Below are positions 44,214-53,654 of a stretch of 54,544 bases of DNA, piece after piece. Origin of the DNA: a virus. The stretch spans positions 1 to 54,544 of IMG/VR virus record IMGVR_UViG_3300045996_001382; one strand, written 5' to 3'. The notes under the pieces are model-generated. The model did no database searches. It was not told where the DNA came from and worked only from the letters and a program-made list of their open reading frames with translations. The position numbers and the translations under genes were made by a program. How positions within the stretch are numbered: position 1 is the first letter of the stretch; each line of letters opens with the position of its first letter.

Positions 44214-45521
44214 TTAGTGAGTTAATAAAATATATCCATTGGGCACTATGCCCATATCAAATTGTATCGTATTTATGGTGGTTCCGGTCACATTAAATAC
44301 CGGTAATACATCCTCTCTTTTTCTATATACACCGGCTGAAACTAACTCGTAAAAAGAAGCTTTTGGGTTTATTCCGTATGTGGCCGCATACGAAGAATAG
44401 GTTATAGTTACTGGATTTGATGATCCTGCAGTAACTGGTATTCTAACCGAGGCCCGGGTTGAAACAACCGCCGAATCTATACCTATAGAATGGTTAGGTG
44501 TCGTATTTGGATTGGTTACCGTTGATATTATACCGAAATTATCATTTTTTGAAAAACTTGTTACCGTACCTAATGGAGTATTCACCACACCACCCAACGG
44601 AATAACAACTCCGTTTATTAATATAGAAGGGTTTACAAGCGCACTATTAGGTATGTTGCTTAAGGTATTGGTGGATCCGCTAATACTTTTATTGGTTACC
44701 GTATTCGTAGTTGCCGGCCCTATACCGCCGATATTACTTAATGCGGTAGCGTAGTTAGATACGTCTGATAGATTGTTTGTAGCGGTTAATTTAGTATTTA
44801 ACGCTGTATTGGTAGCTGTAGAGATAGGCTTATTTAAATCGGATGTGTTATTAGTCTGGTCGATGGATAAAGCCGCCCTTGCCGTAGGGATGGTTAAAAC
44901 CTCCACGACACCGCTATTTAAACTAACCCTACCTAAAAAAGCATCTGTTGATATTTGTTGTATTTTGTTTAATGTTATAGCCCCATCCCCGATATCAGTT
45001 ATGTTACCACTAGATGTTACTGGCCCGCTTAGATTCGGGATTGTCGTTACTGTAGTAGCATGCAAATTACCACTACCGTCCCTTTTAACTATTTGATTTG
45101 GACCTGATCCGCTATTTAATGTCAGTGTAGGCGTTGTTGTAGGGTTGGCAACAGAAATGTCAGAGTTTGCCGAGCTTACACTTAATACCGTTCCACCACC
45201 TGCAGCAGATATTGCATCTGAAACAGCTTTAGATGTCGGGAAAGTAGTATTGTTTGAACCGATTAACGTTGTTACTTTATTGGCCGTATTTTCGGGTGTA
45301 AAACCTAAAGAAGCCTGTTTCCCAGCCAATCCTATTCGCAATGTTCTTACAGAATCCCCAATGTCAAAAATATTAGAAGGTGTCCATATAGCCCTGATCT
45401 GTGGCGATCCTGATAAAATTCGACTTTGCCAGGTTAGGGCGGGTGTGGGCGACCACGAAGTTGTTTGAGAATAAGCAGAAATGCTAATCAGTAATAGTAG
45501 TGCCGTCCAAAGTTTTTTCAT
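44214..45521 (-). CDS. Tail fibre-like protein with N-terminal signal-peptide-like sequence
   Basis: The ATG at 45521 (MKKLWTALLLLISISAYSQTT) is preferred over the TTG at 45533. It has the fibre-type motif NQIVKRDGSGNLHATTVTT and Ser/Thr/Asn-rich repeats. Confidence 0.6.
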   Translation of the reverse strand: MKKLWTALLLLISISAYSQTTSWSPTPALTWQSRILSGSPQIRAIWTPSNIFDIGDSVRTLRIGLAGKQASLGFTPENTANKVTTLIGSNNTTFPTSKAVSDAISAAGGGTVLSVSSANSDISVANPTTTPTLTLNSGSGPNQIVKRDGSGNLHATTVTTIPNLSGPVTSSGNITDIGDGAITLNKIQQISTDAFLGRVSLNSGVVEVLTIPTARAALSIDQTNNTSDLNKPISTATNTALNTKLTATNNLSDVSNYATALSNIGGIGPATTNTVTNKSISGSTNTLSNIPNSALVNPSILINGVVIPLGGVVNTPLGTVTSFSKNDNFGIISTVTNPNTTPNHSIGIDSAVVSTRASVRIPVTAGSSNPVTITYSSYAATYGINPKASFYELVSAGVYRKREDVLPVFNVTGTTINTIQFDMGIVPNGYILLTH

Positions 45522-45681
45522 TTGATTGGTCAAAACTCTGCTGGTCGGCGCCTGTCTGGTTTCTCTTAACGGATGTAAATATATTTATTTTTTCACAATT
45601 CTGCTTGCTGCATTTAATTTTTACGATTCCTTCAAGATCGGTGGCTAATAATCTATTGCATTTTTCACACCTGCAGTCCAT
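45484..45681 (-). CDS. Com-like zinc-finger protein (phage Mu Com family)
   Basis: MDCRCEKCNRLLATDLEGIVKIKCSKQNCEKINI aligns by eye with Mu Com (IRCKNCNKLLFKAD...IEIRCPRCKRHI). Its 3' end overlaps the fibre gene start by 38 nt. Confidence 0.7.
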   Translation of the reverse strand: MDCRCEKCNRLLATDLEGIVKIKCSKQNCEKINIFTSVKRNQTGADQQSFDQSNEKTLDGTTITD

Positions 45682-46193
45682 TACAAAGTTTTTATTTCGT
45701 CTATTTTAGCTGCACTGATATCCATATCAACATTAGAGCGAAGATAGGTTCCACCCAATGAAGATATAGCCGTTTGTATCTTTACAAGTTCAGCATTAAT
45801 GTCATTTTTGGTTTCTATTAAGCCTAAATTTAAGTCCTCATACCTGACCATGTGCTTAGTATTACCACCTATCTCATAAGTTCCGTCATTCTTCAAGTGT
45901 GTATAAAAAGCAATCTGATAGGTTATTTTACCACCAACGGTTATTGCCTTTAAGCTAAACTGTCGTTTTTCGCCAGGTCCTGCTATTTGATTCGTATTGA
46001 TATAGCCAATGATGACCGGCTGTTCATCGCTATCGGTAGTGGCGTAAATAGCATCCATACCCTTTACCGGGCACGAATCTTCACCAAATGGCATAGCTAT
46101 GTCGGCAGTTACAGCACCGTAGCCAAAAGCCTTTACTATCCTATGGCCAGTCTGCTGAATTAAACTGCTATAATATTTTACTAAATTTATCAT
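45681..46193 (-). CDS. Baseplate central spike protein (Mu gp45 / P2 gpV-like)
   Basis: 170-aa ORF after the hub gene. It has the motif PFGEDSCPVKGMDAIYA...VIIGY. Confidence 0.6.
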   Translation of the reverse strand: MINLVKYYSSLIQQTGHRIVKAFGYGAVTADIAMPFGEDSCPVKGMDAIYATTDSDEQPVIIGYINTNQIAGPGEKRQFSLKAITVGGKITYQIAFYTHLKNDGTYEIGGNTKHMVRYEDLNLGLIETKNDINAELVKIQTAISSLGGTYLRSNVDMDISAAKIDEIKTL

Positions 46194-47287
46194 CCAAATA
46201 TGTTTTGGGGCTCATCCCCGGTAAATGTTTCTAATAATACCAAGCTGCCACTAAGTGTTTTGGTCTTGCTATTTTCCTGTATAGTGGTTGATTCCAATAT
46301 CATTTTAACTTTTTTATTGATAAATAGTTCTGGGTTTACATCAACTTCGATAATATCACCTATGCTCACTTTCTCCCAACGATCAAGTTCGAATGTTATC
46401 CTAACATTTTTAAGTTCGGCGCCGCGCATGTTTTTTGCCGCACGGTCGGTGTCCCAAAAAGACAACCTGGTTAATTTATCTACCATGGGCCGGTATGCGG
46501 TAACCAATTTGTTTTTAACTGTGTTAGAGCTGGATATTTTAAGGGTTTCCCCTTTATCAATAAAATCATCCAGGCTTCTTTCGGTGATGTTAATGTTGCC
46601 AAAAGCTTCGTCTGGGTTATCACCTTTTGATGGTTGACGCAACGTTGTTATTTCGCTATGTATTTCGCGGCCATTAACGTGCAAATTCATTTTAGTCGTG
46701 TTTTCTGGCGTAAGCGTCAGCTTGGGTTGCGATTTTACATCTGGCCTGAACATGATCAGATTACCGAAAATATCATGCGAGACGATGACATTTTTCTGAT
46801 TGGCGATGCTGCAGATGTAATTCTTAATCGTTTCTTCCGGCTTGGCAACTGTGCGAGCTATGATCTGGGCACATTCTTTTTTTACGATATCATAAACAAT
46901 CAGCTTTAAACCAAAAGGCTTTAATAAGCGATCGGTGATTTGTTGCAGGTTGCGATTATTTGATTCTAAAGGATAAAGGCTATAGGGTATCTGGCAATCT
47001 TCTAATACACCAGGCAGGCTATAGCCGGATAATTTCTTTAAAGTAGGGTCAGCCTCAGAAGCAAAATTCCAATCAACGATGGTGCCGGTAGACAGCGGCC
47101 GTGTAGAATTATCATCAAAAAACTCTATTTTGGCATAAGACAATGGCCGGAACAGTTCATTGTGGCCAGGTATGTCTGGGTCGTATCGCGCAACAAAGCT
47201 GAAAGTACTGGCAACAGCATCTAACGATGTGCTGATCACAACTTCATTAAAATACATGAAATACATTCCGTTTACCCGAGCCTTCAT
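46190..47287 (-). CDS. Baseplate hub protein (Mu gp44 / P2 gpD late-control-D family)
   Basis: 365-aa ORF. Position and overall pattern match gpD-family proteins. Confidence 0.65.
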   Translation of the reverse strand: MKARVNGMYFMYFNEVVISTSLDAVASTFSFVARYDPDIPGHNELFRPLSYAKIEFFDDNSTRPLSTGTIVDWNFASEADPTLKKLSGYSLPGVLEDCQIPYSLYPLESNNRNLQQITDRLLKPFGLKLIVYDIVKKECAQIIARTVAKPEETIKNYICSIANQKNVIVSHDIFGNLIMFRPDVKSQPKLTLTPENTTKMNLHVNGREIHSEITTLRQPSKGDNPDEAFGNINITERSLDDFIDKGETLKISSSNTVKNKLVTAYRPMVDKLTRLSFWDTDRAAKNMRGAELKNVRITFELDRWEKVSIGDIIEVDVNPELFINKKVKMILESTTIQENSKTKTLSGSLVLLETFTGDEPQNIFG

Positions 47288-48510
47288 GCGAAATAGGTTA
47301 TTTCAGTCCCCTTCTGAATAATGAACAGGGATTTGTTTTTAATATTATTTATGGTCCTGAATATCTCAATGTTGGCATCCAGGTTATCCAACCCCATATA
47401 TTTATGAACCAATGGTATCAATTGGGTGTCTCGCTCCAACATAATTATACGTTCCACCTTTGCGTTAAATGCTATTGTTTGAAGCGCCCTAAGCACGGTT
47501 AATACAATAGTCTGCAATGTTGCCTGGGTTTGTGGACCTGGTGAGTATGCTGTCCCAACGTTTGATATTGGGATATACGCATTGTTTAAAACGTTTTGAT
47601 AGTTATTATAAATACCGGCCAAATTGTTTGATGCTGTAATAACGGCATCCCGGGTAATATAGTCAGAGGCAAAAGGTATCAATAATGTGTTGGCAAAGCT
47701 TAAAACAGCAACGCCGGCGGCAGTTTCAAAATAAGCTTTATTATTAACTGTTGGGTTCTTTGTCAACATCAAGTCAATGGCATTGTATATGTCAATTATT
47801 AAATTGATTCGCGTATCTATGCCAATGGCAAACCGCGATGGTGCCATGATAACCTGGTGTATAGATTGAATGGCAGCTATCGGATCGTTTAATATGTTAT
47901 CAATATCGGTAAACATCTGCATCGACTGTTGCTGATAAGCCGCATAATCAATTTCGTCCAGCCTCTTTTTAACCGTCTCATTAATAAGTTCAGCATTGTT
48001 TTTTATTAACCCGAGATCAGCAGGCTTTAATTCAACCCTGGCTTCATATTCAATTGATGATATGGCCGTGTATTCTTTGAACAAACCATCAACCGTTTCC
48101 TGTGGTGAGAGTGTTGCTACGGGGCCTTTAGTGATTATGGTTTCCCAAAAGTCAACGTTAAACTGAGTAGCATTAAGGGTGGTATTACGTCGTATGTTAA
48201 TTGGTTGGCCGGTTATATCACCGTACACAGGATGACGAATAACCCATGCGCGGTTATCATTTGCTGATGTATCAAAAGCGTCAGCAATGTCAATATTATC
48301 CTCTCCGGTAAATATAAAAACTAACGGAAAGTTACGCGGGCCTACCTTTTTACGAGCGATCTCAGCACCAGGGAGGTTGATATAATCAAATTGAGCTGTG
48401 TGGAAATCCTTTTGAGTTTCGTAACCAATGGGTAGCATCGGCGTATATTCCCTACCATCACCGGTACGGATGGTAAATATGGTGTTTTCTACTCTATCTA
48501 TCCAGGTCAA
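47284..48510 (-). CDS. DNA circulation protein-like (Mu gp43/N family)
   Basis: 408-aa ORF. The N-terminal region (FTIRTGDGREYTPM...QFDYINLPGAEIARKKVGPRNFPLVFIFTGED) resembles the DNA-circulation N-terminal domain. It precedes the gp44/gp45 homologues as in Mu. Confidence 0.6.
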   Translation of the reverse strand: MTWIDRVENTIFTIRTGDGREYTPMLPIGYETQKDFHTAQFDYINLPGAEIARKKVGPRNFPLVFIFTGEDNIDIADAFDTSANDNRAWVIRHPVYGDITGQPINIRRNTTLNATQFNVDFWETIITKGPVATLSPQETVDGLFKEYTAISSIEYEARVELKPADLGLIKNNAELINETVKKRLDEIDYAAYQQQSMQMFTDIDNILNDPIAAIQSIHQVIMAPSRFAIGIDTRINLIIDIYNAIDLMLTKNPTVNNKAYFETAAGVAVLSFANTLLIPFASDYITRDAVITASNNLAGIYNNYQNVLNNAYIPISNVGTAYSPGPQTQATLQTIVLTVLRALQTIAFNAKVERIIMLERDTQLIPLVHKYMGLDNLDANIEIFRTINNIKNKSLFIIQKGTEITYFA

Positions 48511-48633
48511 AACTTTCTGTATTTATTTTAACAATATTACCGAATAAATTTTATCTTTGAAAGCAACACAGAGTTTTTCATTCAGAAGTTTAATTCGTGT
48601 AAAGCCCGATGCGCCCTGCAGCCGCGGGCTTTC

Positions 48634-49389
48634 TTATTTCCACACCTTTGCAATTTGCTTATTTCCTTCTGCTATAAAGAAGTTTGGTATCTTGGGCGTA
48701 GTCCTTTCAGCAGCTTCACGGGAGAAGTGGGTTGCCTTTACCGGTGCTACACTACCGTCACGAGAAACATACATTAATCGCGATCTGATATTAACACCGC
48801 CTCTTTTTAGGCTTCTTACACTTGATACTGATCTATAGAAATTCCTGTTACCTATCTTAACCTTTTGGTATTTACCTTCACGCATGGCCACATAAGCGGC
48901 GGCCACCTGTCTTGATTTGGTTGTACCTGTATGTTTAAATCTACCGCGAACCACATTATTTTTGGTGAAACGCTTTTTGGAAGTTACCTGTCTATCCAAA
49001 TCACCTGCGGTACGGGATGCTGCCAGGTAGTCAAGTCCTTCGGTGATTTTACCACCGTATTCCTGCTTGGCCATGTTATTAATGGCAGTTTCGGCCCGGG
49101 CGGCACCTGCGCCAGCTCCGGCAGTCATACCAACCTCTGCCCGCATGCTATTAACATCAAATCCCTGTGCCCGGTTAACGCCAGAGAATCTTTTAAAGAA
49201 TGTTTTTGAACGGCGTATAAAGTTTTGGGTGGCGCTGTCATCCAATGTCACCATCTTTACATCGAAGGCGGCGGCATTTAAAGTACCGCGTATGGCCAGG
49301 GGCAAAGCTGATTTGTGCATGGTTTTTAACTTCTCTACCATGGCCATCGAAGCATCTGTATTAACGTTAAAGTTTACATTGTTTGACAT
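48634..49389 (-). CDS. Hypothetical virion morphogenesis / tail-completion-like protein
   Basis: 251-aa basic ORF, the first gene after the terminator at 49488-49522. Function is a guess from position only. Confidence 0.35.
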   Translation of the reverse strand: MSNNVNFNVNTDASMAMVEKLKTMHKSALPLAIRGTLNAAAFDVKMVTLDDSATQNFIRRSKTFFKRFSGVNRAQGFDVNSMRAEVGMTAGAGAGAARAETAINNMAKQEYGGKITEGLDYLAASRTAGDLDRQVTSKKRFTKNNVVRGRFKHTGTTKSRQVAAAYVAMREGKYQKVKIGNRNFYRSVSSVRSLKRGGVNIRSRLMYVSRDGSVAPVKATHFSREAAERTTPKIPNFFIAEGNKQIAKVWK

Positions 49390-49487
49390 TGATGTAAATT
49401 TACATATATTTGAATCAACATAACTAATTCATGGCCATGAAAGTATAGAAATGAAAAAAGGGTCATTGGAATCCCCTTGAAAGCAAA

Positions 49488-49522
49488 TCCAAAAGCCGGA
49501 TGCCTATAAAATGGTTTCCGGC
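49488..49522 (-). terminator. Rho-independent terminator after the fibre-like gene pair
   Basis: The minus strand reads GCCGGA-aaccattttataggca-TCCGGC followed by TTTTGGATTTG, starting 5 nt after the stop at 49527. Confidence 0.55.
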
Positions 49523-49526
49523 CTTT

Positions 49527-50285
49527 TTATGCGAAGTTCAATATAATTTCCATGCTTGGCCAGTCAGTGGGACTTGGCATGCCTGTAATAATACGGGTAT
49601 CTGCTACATAAGCAGGACTGATCATCTTTGTCTGGTTATCACCGTCACCATTTTTAATATACATGGTTAAGTATTTTGGCAATACCGGCACCAAAGTTCC
49701 TGTAAGTGGCAAATAAAAGAATGGGTCAGAACCTAACAGATCGGCCGCCGTTTTAGTTACCTGACTTGTAGGCGAAACGGTTTGATTGATACTGAATGCC
49801 TGAACTGGATTTGTAGGGTGGTTAATGATCAACAATACCGTATCACCGGCATTAAATCCACCTGGCGATATAAAGTCATAAGTAAGGGCACCGGTTCCTT
49901 TAAAACTATAGGTGGCACCTGCGGTTCCAGCCGAGGTTGGTTTAACAATTAAAAAGTAACCGTCAGGTAATAGGTCAATGGCAATGGGCACAGAGAACAC
50001 ACCCAATGCCAAGGTCATGGTTTGCCTGATATCGTTCAGAACGTTTGGTAACTTTTGTAAAGCGCCTAATATCTGGTAGGTGGTGCTTTCACTATCAGCC
50101 ACACCATTGGATGTGTTTCCGGTAATACTTAATAGCTTATAAAGATTAACCAATACATCATTGTACACCTCATTAATTACGGCAGTACCCGCTTGCGATA
50201 CGGTCTCATTGATGATTGCACCGTCAGGATAGTCGGCGTCAACTAAAACGGATGTTAATAATTGAATGTCTTTTAAACTTCTCAT
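49527..50285 (-). CDS. Hypothetical tail fibre-associated protein
   Basis: 252-aa ORF with an ATGA overlap to the upstream fibre-like gene. Confidence 0.45.
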   Translation of the reverse strand: MRSLKDIQLLTSVLVDADYPDGAIINETVSQAGTAVINEVYNDVLVNLYKLLSITGNTSNGVADSESTTYQILGALQKLPNVLNDIRQTMTLALGVFSVPIAIDLLPDGYFLIVKPTSAGTAGATYSFKGTGALTYDFISPGGFNAGDTVLLIINHPTNPVQAFSINQTVSPTSQVTKTAADLLGSDPFFYLPLTGTLVPVLPKYLTMYIKNGDGDNQTKMISPAYVADTRIITGMPSPTDWPSMEIILNFA

Positions 50286-51373
50286 ATTTGTACAACTTCA
50301 CAATGTATTTTTAAGTTTTGTGCGGAGGCAACTCCCGTATTGGCTTCACTAATTGAAAAATCAAACGTAGTAGAATTTACAACCTTAAATACGGGTACAC
50401 ATACGTCATTGTCAAGCTCCAATGTACCCTCAGACTGAACCATCATCCTAACAAAATAACCTTTGCCAGCGCTCATATCCATGGCATTATCAACCACAAC
50501 CCGGTAGGTAGTTGAACCGCCAGAGCCTGGTGCTACCGCTGTTATTTGGGCAGAAAGGATATTCCCTGATCTGGTTGCAAACGCTCCTATAGTGCCGGCC
50601 CCTGGATCAACGCCGCTAAACCAGCCTACGTTTTTAACCGCGTTGGTAAAGTTAGCAATCTGGTTAAATAAAGCGATTGACAATATACCTGGTTGTGTAG
50701 CAGAAGCTTCGTATGGCGCTGATTCTATTTCAAGAGGGTCGCTTATTCTTTCCTGAAAAGCATATAACAGCGAAGCCGGTGTAACAGCAGCGGCAGTAGA
50801 TATTCCCGCCAACGTTGTTAAATTATTAGCCGCTTTTAAATAATTATTAGCCCCAACAATCAAATTTATATTATCGCCCGTAACTAATTGTTTTATCTCA
50901 ATACCGCCAGGTGTATTTACCAATAATAAATAATCTCCGGCCTTCCATTGTTGGGTAATTATTATAGTTTTTGTAACCAAGGGCGAATCGGTTCCTGTAA
51001 TATCGGTCTCAGCAGCATAGTCAGATGACGCTAAAGCCAAAAGCTTTTCGTTAGTCTGTAATATCCCCAATTTAGTATCAAGATTCAGAACGCCACCAGA
51101 TGTGGCTAGCGCCCGCACATAGTCACTTTTGGATGCCAGTGCAATAGCTGCCTGAACGTATTGATAACCGTTGACCTCATTGTCAAAATCGTTATTAAAC
51201 GAAATATCAGCCAACCGCATTAGTTTGTCGAAAAACTCCCAAATATCGCTTGATGTGACACAGTTGATAGGCGTACCGTCACCGATTCCACTATCATCTT
51301 TTATCTGCCCATTTGGATATGCGGCCAGATTTGATTTATCAATATTTGTTTGGGTTCCTATAGTTATTGCCAT
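50282..51373 (-). CDS. Tail fibre-like protein
   Basis: 363-aa ORF in the position following the gp48-like gene (Mu gp49/S position). Confidence 0.5.
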   Translation of the reverse strand: MAITIGTQTNIDKSNLAAYPNGQIKDDSGIGDGTPINCVTSSDIWEFFDKLMRLADISFNNDFDNEVNGYQYVQAAIALASKSDYVRALATSGGVLNLDTKLGILQTNEKLLALASSDYAAETDITGTDSPLVTKTIIITQQWKAGDYLLLVNTPGGIEIKQLVTGDNINLIVGANNYLKAANNLTTLAGISTAAAVTPASLLYAFQERISDPLEIESAPYEASATQPGILSIALFNQIANFTNAVKNVGWFSGVDPGAGTIGAFATRSGNILSAQITAVAPGSGGSTTYRVVVDNAMDMSAGKGYFVRMMVQSEGTLELDNDVCVPVFKVVNSTTFDFSISEANTGVASAQNLKIHCEVVQI

Positions 51374-51382
51374 GACATAAAA

Positions 51383-52168
51383 TTAAATAAAATTTACGAT
51401 TAAAAAAGCTACCGTATGAGCTGGTTTCAATTTTAGCACTAGCCGCCTAAATTCCCGCTCCCTGAACTTAGAAACGTCAGCGGGTGTACTTATGGTTGCC
51501 CCTGAAATAAAGAATGTTGGCCACAATATACCGCCAGGGTTATAGCTTTCTGCGGTTTCATTGTTGGCAATCACTGAAAAGTTACCACCACCAAATTGTG
51601 TTTGACCCCCGAACTGTGTACCACCACCGAATTGTGTAATGGTTGTAACGGTTCCTAACACCTGCTGAGGTGTTTTTTGATATAATGTACTTCCCGAGAA
51701 AAATATATTTTCATATATGTGTACATCAAATCCCGCTTCCCGTAAAGATGCCTCAATGTAACTAGGCGATTGTCGTCCAAGTACATTTTGTGGGAAAGCC
51801 ATGGCTGCGTAAATATTTTGCCTTCTTTGGGCCAGTGTTAGCGCCGCATTGTATTCGATTCCGTATCGGTATTCCCACAAACTTGCATCGTTAGCATCAA
51901 AATTATTATTATCCGGAAACGAGGCGTCCAACAACCCGTTAGCATCAACAGCCGTTTCAACCAACGATAGGTTAATACCATCGTGGAGTTTCTTAAATTG
52001 GCTATTCTCAGGCAAATTCCAACTGGTGCCTGTAGGATATAGCAATTCAACCATCTTAAAGAAATCAACCGGTGTGGTTGTATCAATAGATGGTAACCGG
52101 TGTGGCGTATTGCTTCCGTGGGGGGTATTTAAACCATGTTGGGTGCTTGATGGCGTTACCTGGTACAT
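51383..52168 (-). CDS. Baseplate protein, Mu gp48 (DUF2313)-like
   Basis: The pattern LLYPTGTSWNLPENS...LLDASFPDNN...LWEYRYGI...LAQRRQNIYAAM matches the gp48 family hallmark (YPxG..W ... WE...G ... RR). Confidence 0.7.
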   Translation of the reverse strand: MYQVTPSSTQHGLNTPHGSNTPHRLPSIDTTTPVDFFKMVELLYPTGTSWNLPENSQFKKLHDGINLSLVETAVDANGLLDASFPDNNNFDANDASLWEYRYGIEYNAALTLAQRRQNIYAAMAFPQNVLGRQSPSYIEASLREAGFDVHIYENIFFSGSTLYQKTPQQVLGTVTTITQFGGGTQFGGQTQFGGGNFSVIANNETAESYNPGGILWPTFFISGATISTPADVSKFREREFRRLVLKLKPAHTVAFLIVNFI

Positions 52169-52476
52169 TATTCAACATCTATTAATTCAACAGTTTGTCC
52201 CCGTAGATCATGGAAGCAATCGCTTAAAAATTTGATTTTCCCGTCAGTTATAAAAGAATGACACCTCTCATTTGGAACGTCCGCCTGGCAAAGAAGCGAT
52301 GGCGAAAAAGTGGGTTTTTCAACATCGCCATTAAAAGCCCAAGCTATTGGGGAGAATCGTAAGTCTGTGTTAATAAAATGATTTCTTTCGCATCCAGGGC
52401 AGTAAATAGCATAACCCACTATTACGTTCGGTGCAATGGTGTTGTTTTCTCCGCTTTCAATTGGCTGCGCTTTCAT
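52168..52476 (-). CDS. Cys/His-rich conserved phage protein (DUF6527-like)
   Basis: 102-aa ORF: YCPGCERNH...WAFNGDVEKPTFSPSL...CHSFITDGKIKFLSDCFH. Confidence 0.5.
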   Translation of the reverse strand: MKAQPIESGENNTIAPNVIVGYAIYCPGCERNHFINTDLRFSPIAWAFNGDVEKPTFSPSLLCQADVPNERCHSFITDGKIKFLSDCFHDLRGQTVELIDVE

Positions 52477-53654
52477 TAGTTATAAGTTACGTTTCTCAAA
52501 TAAGGGATATTGCCCAATGTGAATGGATAAGTATTAACAGACACACCATTTACAGACATGGTAAAGCTTAAAAATGTATTACTGGTACCAATAGTATCAT
52601 TCACTACACCTTGCAATTTAACTGCAGATAGTTGATCGTTCCTTTCTCGTGGAAGATCAGATCCAGCTATATATGGCCTAACATCATAAAGATAGGTTTC
52701 AACATTAGTTCTTATGCTATTTTGTATGGCTGCAGTATTGGTTTGTAGCCCTGTAATGATCATATCAACAGGTATAGGCGTAATGGCCAATACTTCTATA
52801 TTAGCCTGGATAGGTCGCCTGCCACGCTTTTCAATGGGCAATGTCGTGTCAGGATTCATTTCAATTACATCAATCACATCTAAAATTAATCCCGATGTAG
52901 GAACTCCATGTTGGCCAGGGTTGCTTGATTCTAGTGCCTCTACATAAACCTGCACGGTACCTGCTTCCCCATTTTTCACATAGGGATAAACCAAGCGAAC
53001 ACCATTGGCATCACTCGACCATACCCGGTAATCTGTTTTTGAACCGCCCTGTGGTTGCAATCTCATTGAGTTTAATACAGCCAGTCTGTAAACCGCTTCT
53101 GGTTCAGCGTCGGTAGGCGTTTGAGTAATAGCCGCTATAGTTACTACGTTATTAACGCCCAATATTGGTGCTGTTGGCGTAAGGGTATCGGTAATGTTAA
53201 GCAAATAACTTGCCCCTGTCTGCACCGATCTTATAGGCAATGTTCCGGTTGCGCCTGGCAGATAATAATCATTATCATTGGTGTAAAGTTCTCCCGGCGA
53301 TGTACTGCCTGCATTCGAAAGAAATTGCGAACCCTTTGGTATAAAGGCCCCGGTAGTTCCGGTAACCGTAGCGTTATACGTGCCATCGGTGCCGGAAAAT
53401 GGCATGCGTCCCAGGTACATCATTCCCAATCTTTCCAATGTACCCCCATTTGCAGCGGTGTCGGCCTTGTCAGGGAACTGATTGTTTTGAATGTCTACCT
53501 GGTACAGATAAAGCAATTTTATCTGAGCAGCTAAAACAGCAGACAATGCGTTGATAACAAACTTGACCAACACGGAAGCGATACCAAGTTTATTCTTGAT
53601 ATCAGTAACAAATTTGGTATATATCGTACTTAATGAAGGTGTTGGCTTGCTCAT
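52476..53654 (-). CDS. Baseplate J-like protein (Mu gp47 / P2 gpJ family)
   Basis: 392-aa ORF: GGTLERLG...TGAFIPKGSQF...EPEAVYRLAVLNSMRLQPQGGSKTDYRVWSSDANGVRLVYPY. Confidence 0.8.
   Translation of the reverse strand: MSKPTPSLSTIYTKFVTDIKNKLGIASVLVKFVINALSAVLAAQIKLLYLYQVDIQNNQFPDKADTAANGGTLERLGMMYLGRMPFSGTDGTYNATVTGTTGAFIPKGSQFLSNAGSTSPGELYTNDNDYYLPGATGTLPIRSVQTGASYLLNITDTLTPTAPILGVNNVVTIAAITQTPTDAEPEAVYRLAVLNSMRLQPQGGSKTDYRVWSSDANGVRLVYPYVKNGEAGTVQVYVEALESSNPGQHGVPTSGLILDVIDVIEMNPDTTLPIEKRGRRPIQANIEVLAITPIPVDMIITGLQTNTAAIQNSIRTNVETYLYDVRPYIAGSDLPRERNDQLSAVKLQGVVNDTIGTSNTFLSFTMSVNGVSVNTYPFTLGNIPYLRNVTYN

Noticed and set aside
49403-49410. Plus-strand TATATTTG box in the 49390-49487 gap as a promoter
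   Set aside because: No plus-strand gene or structured RNA follows it. The region is more likely the promoter or leader area for the minus-strand 48634..49389 unit, and the match may be chance in AT-rich DNA.
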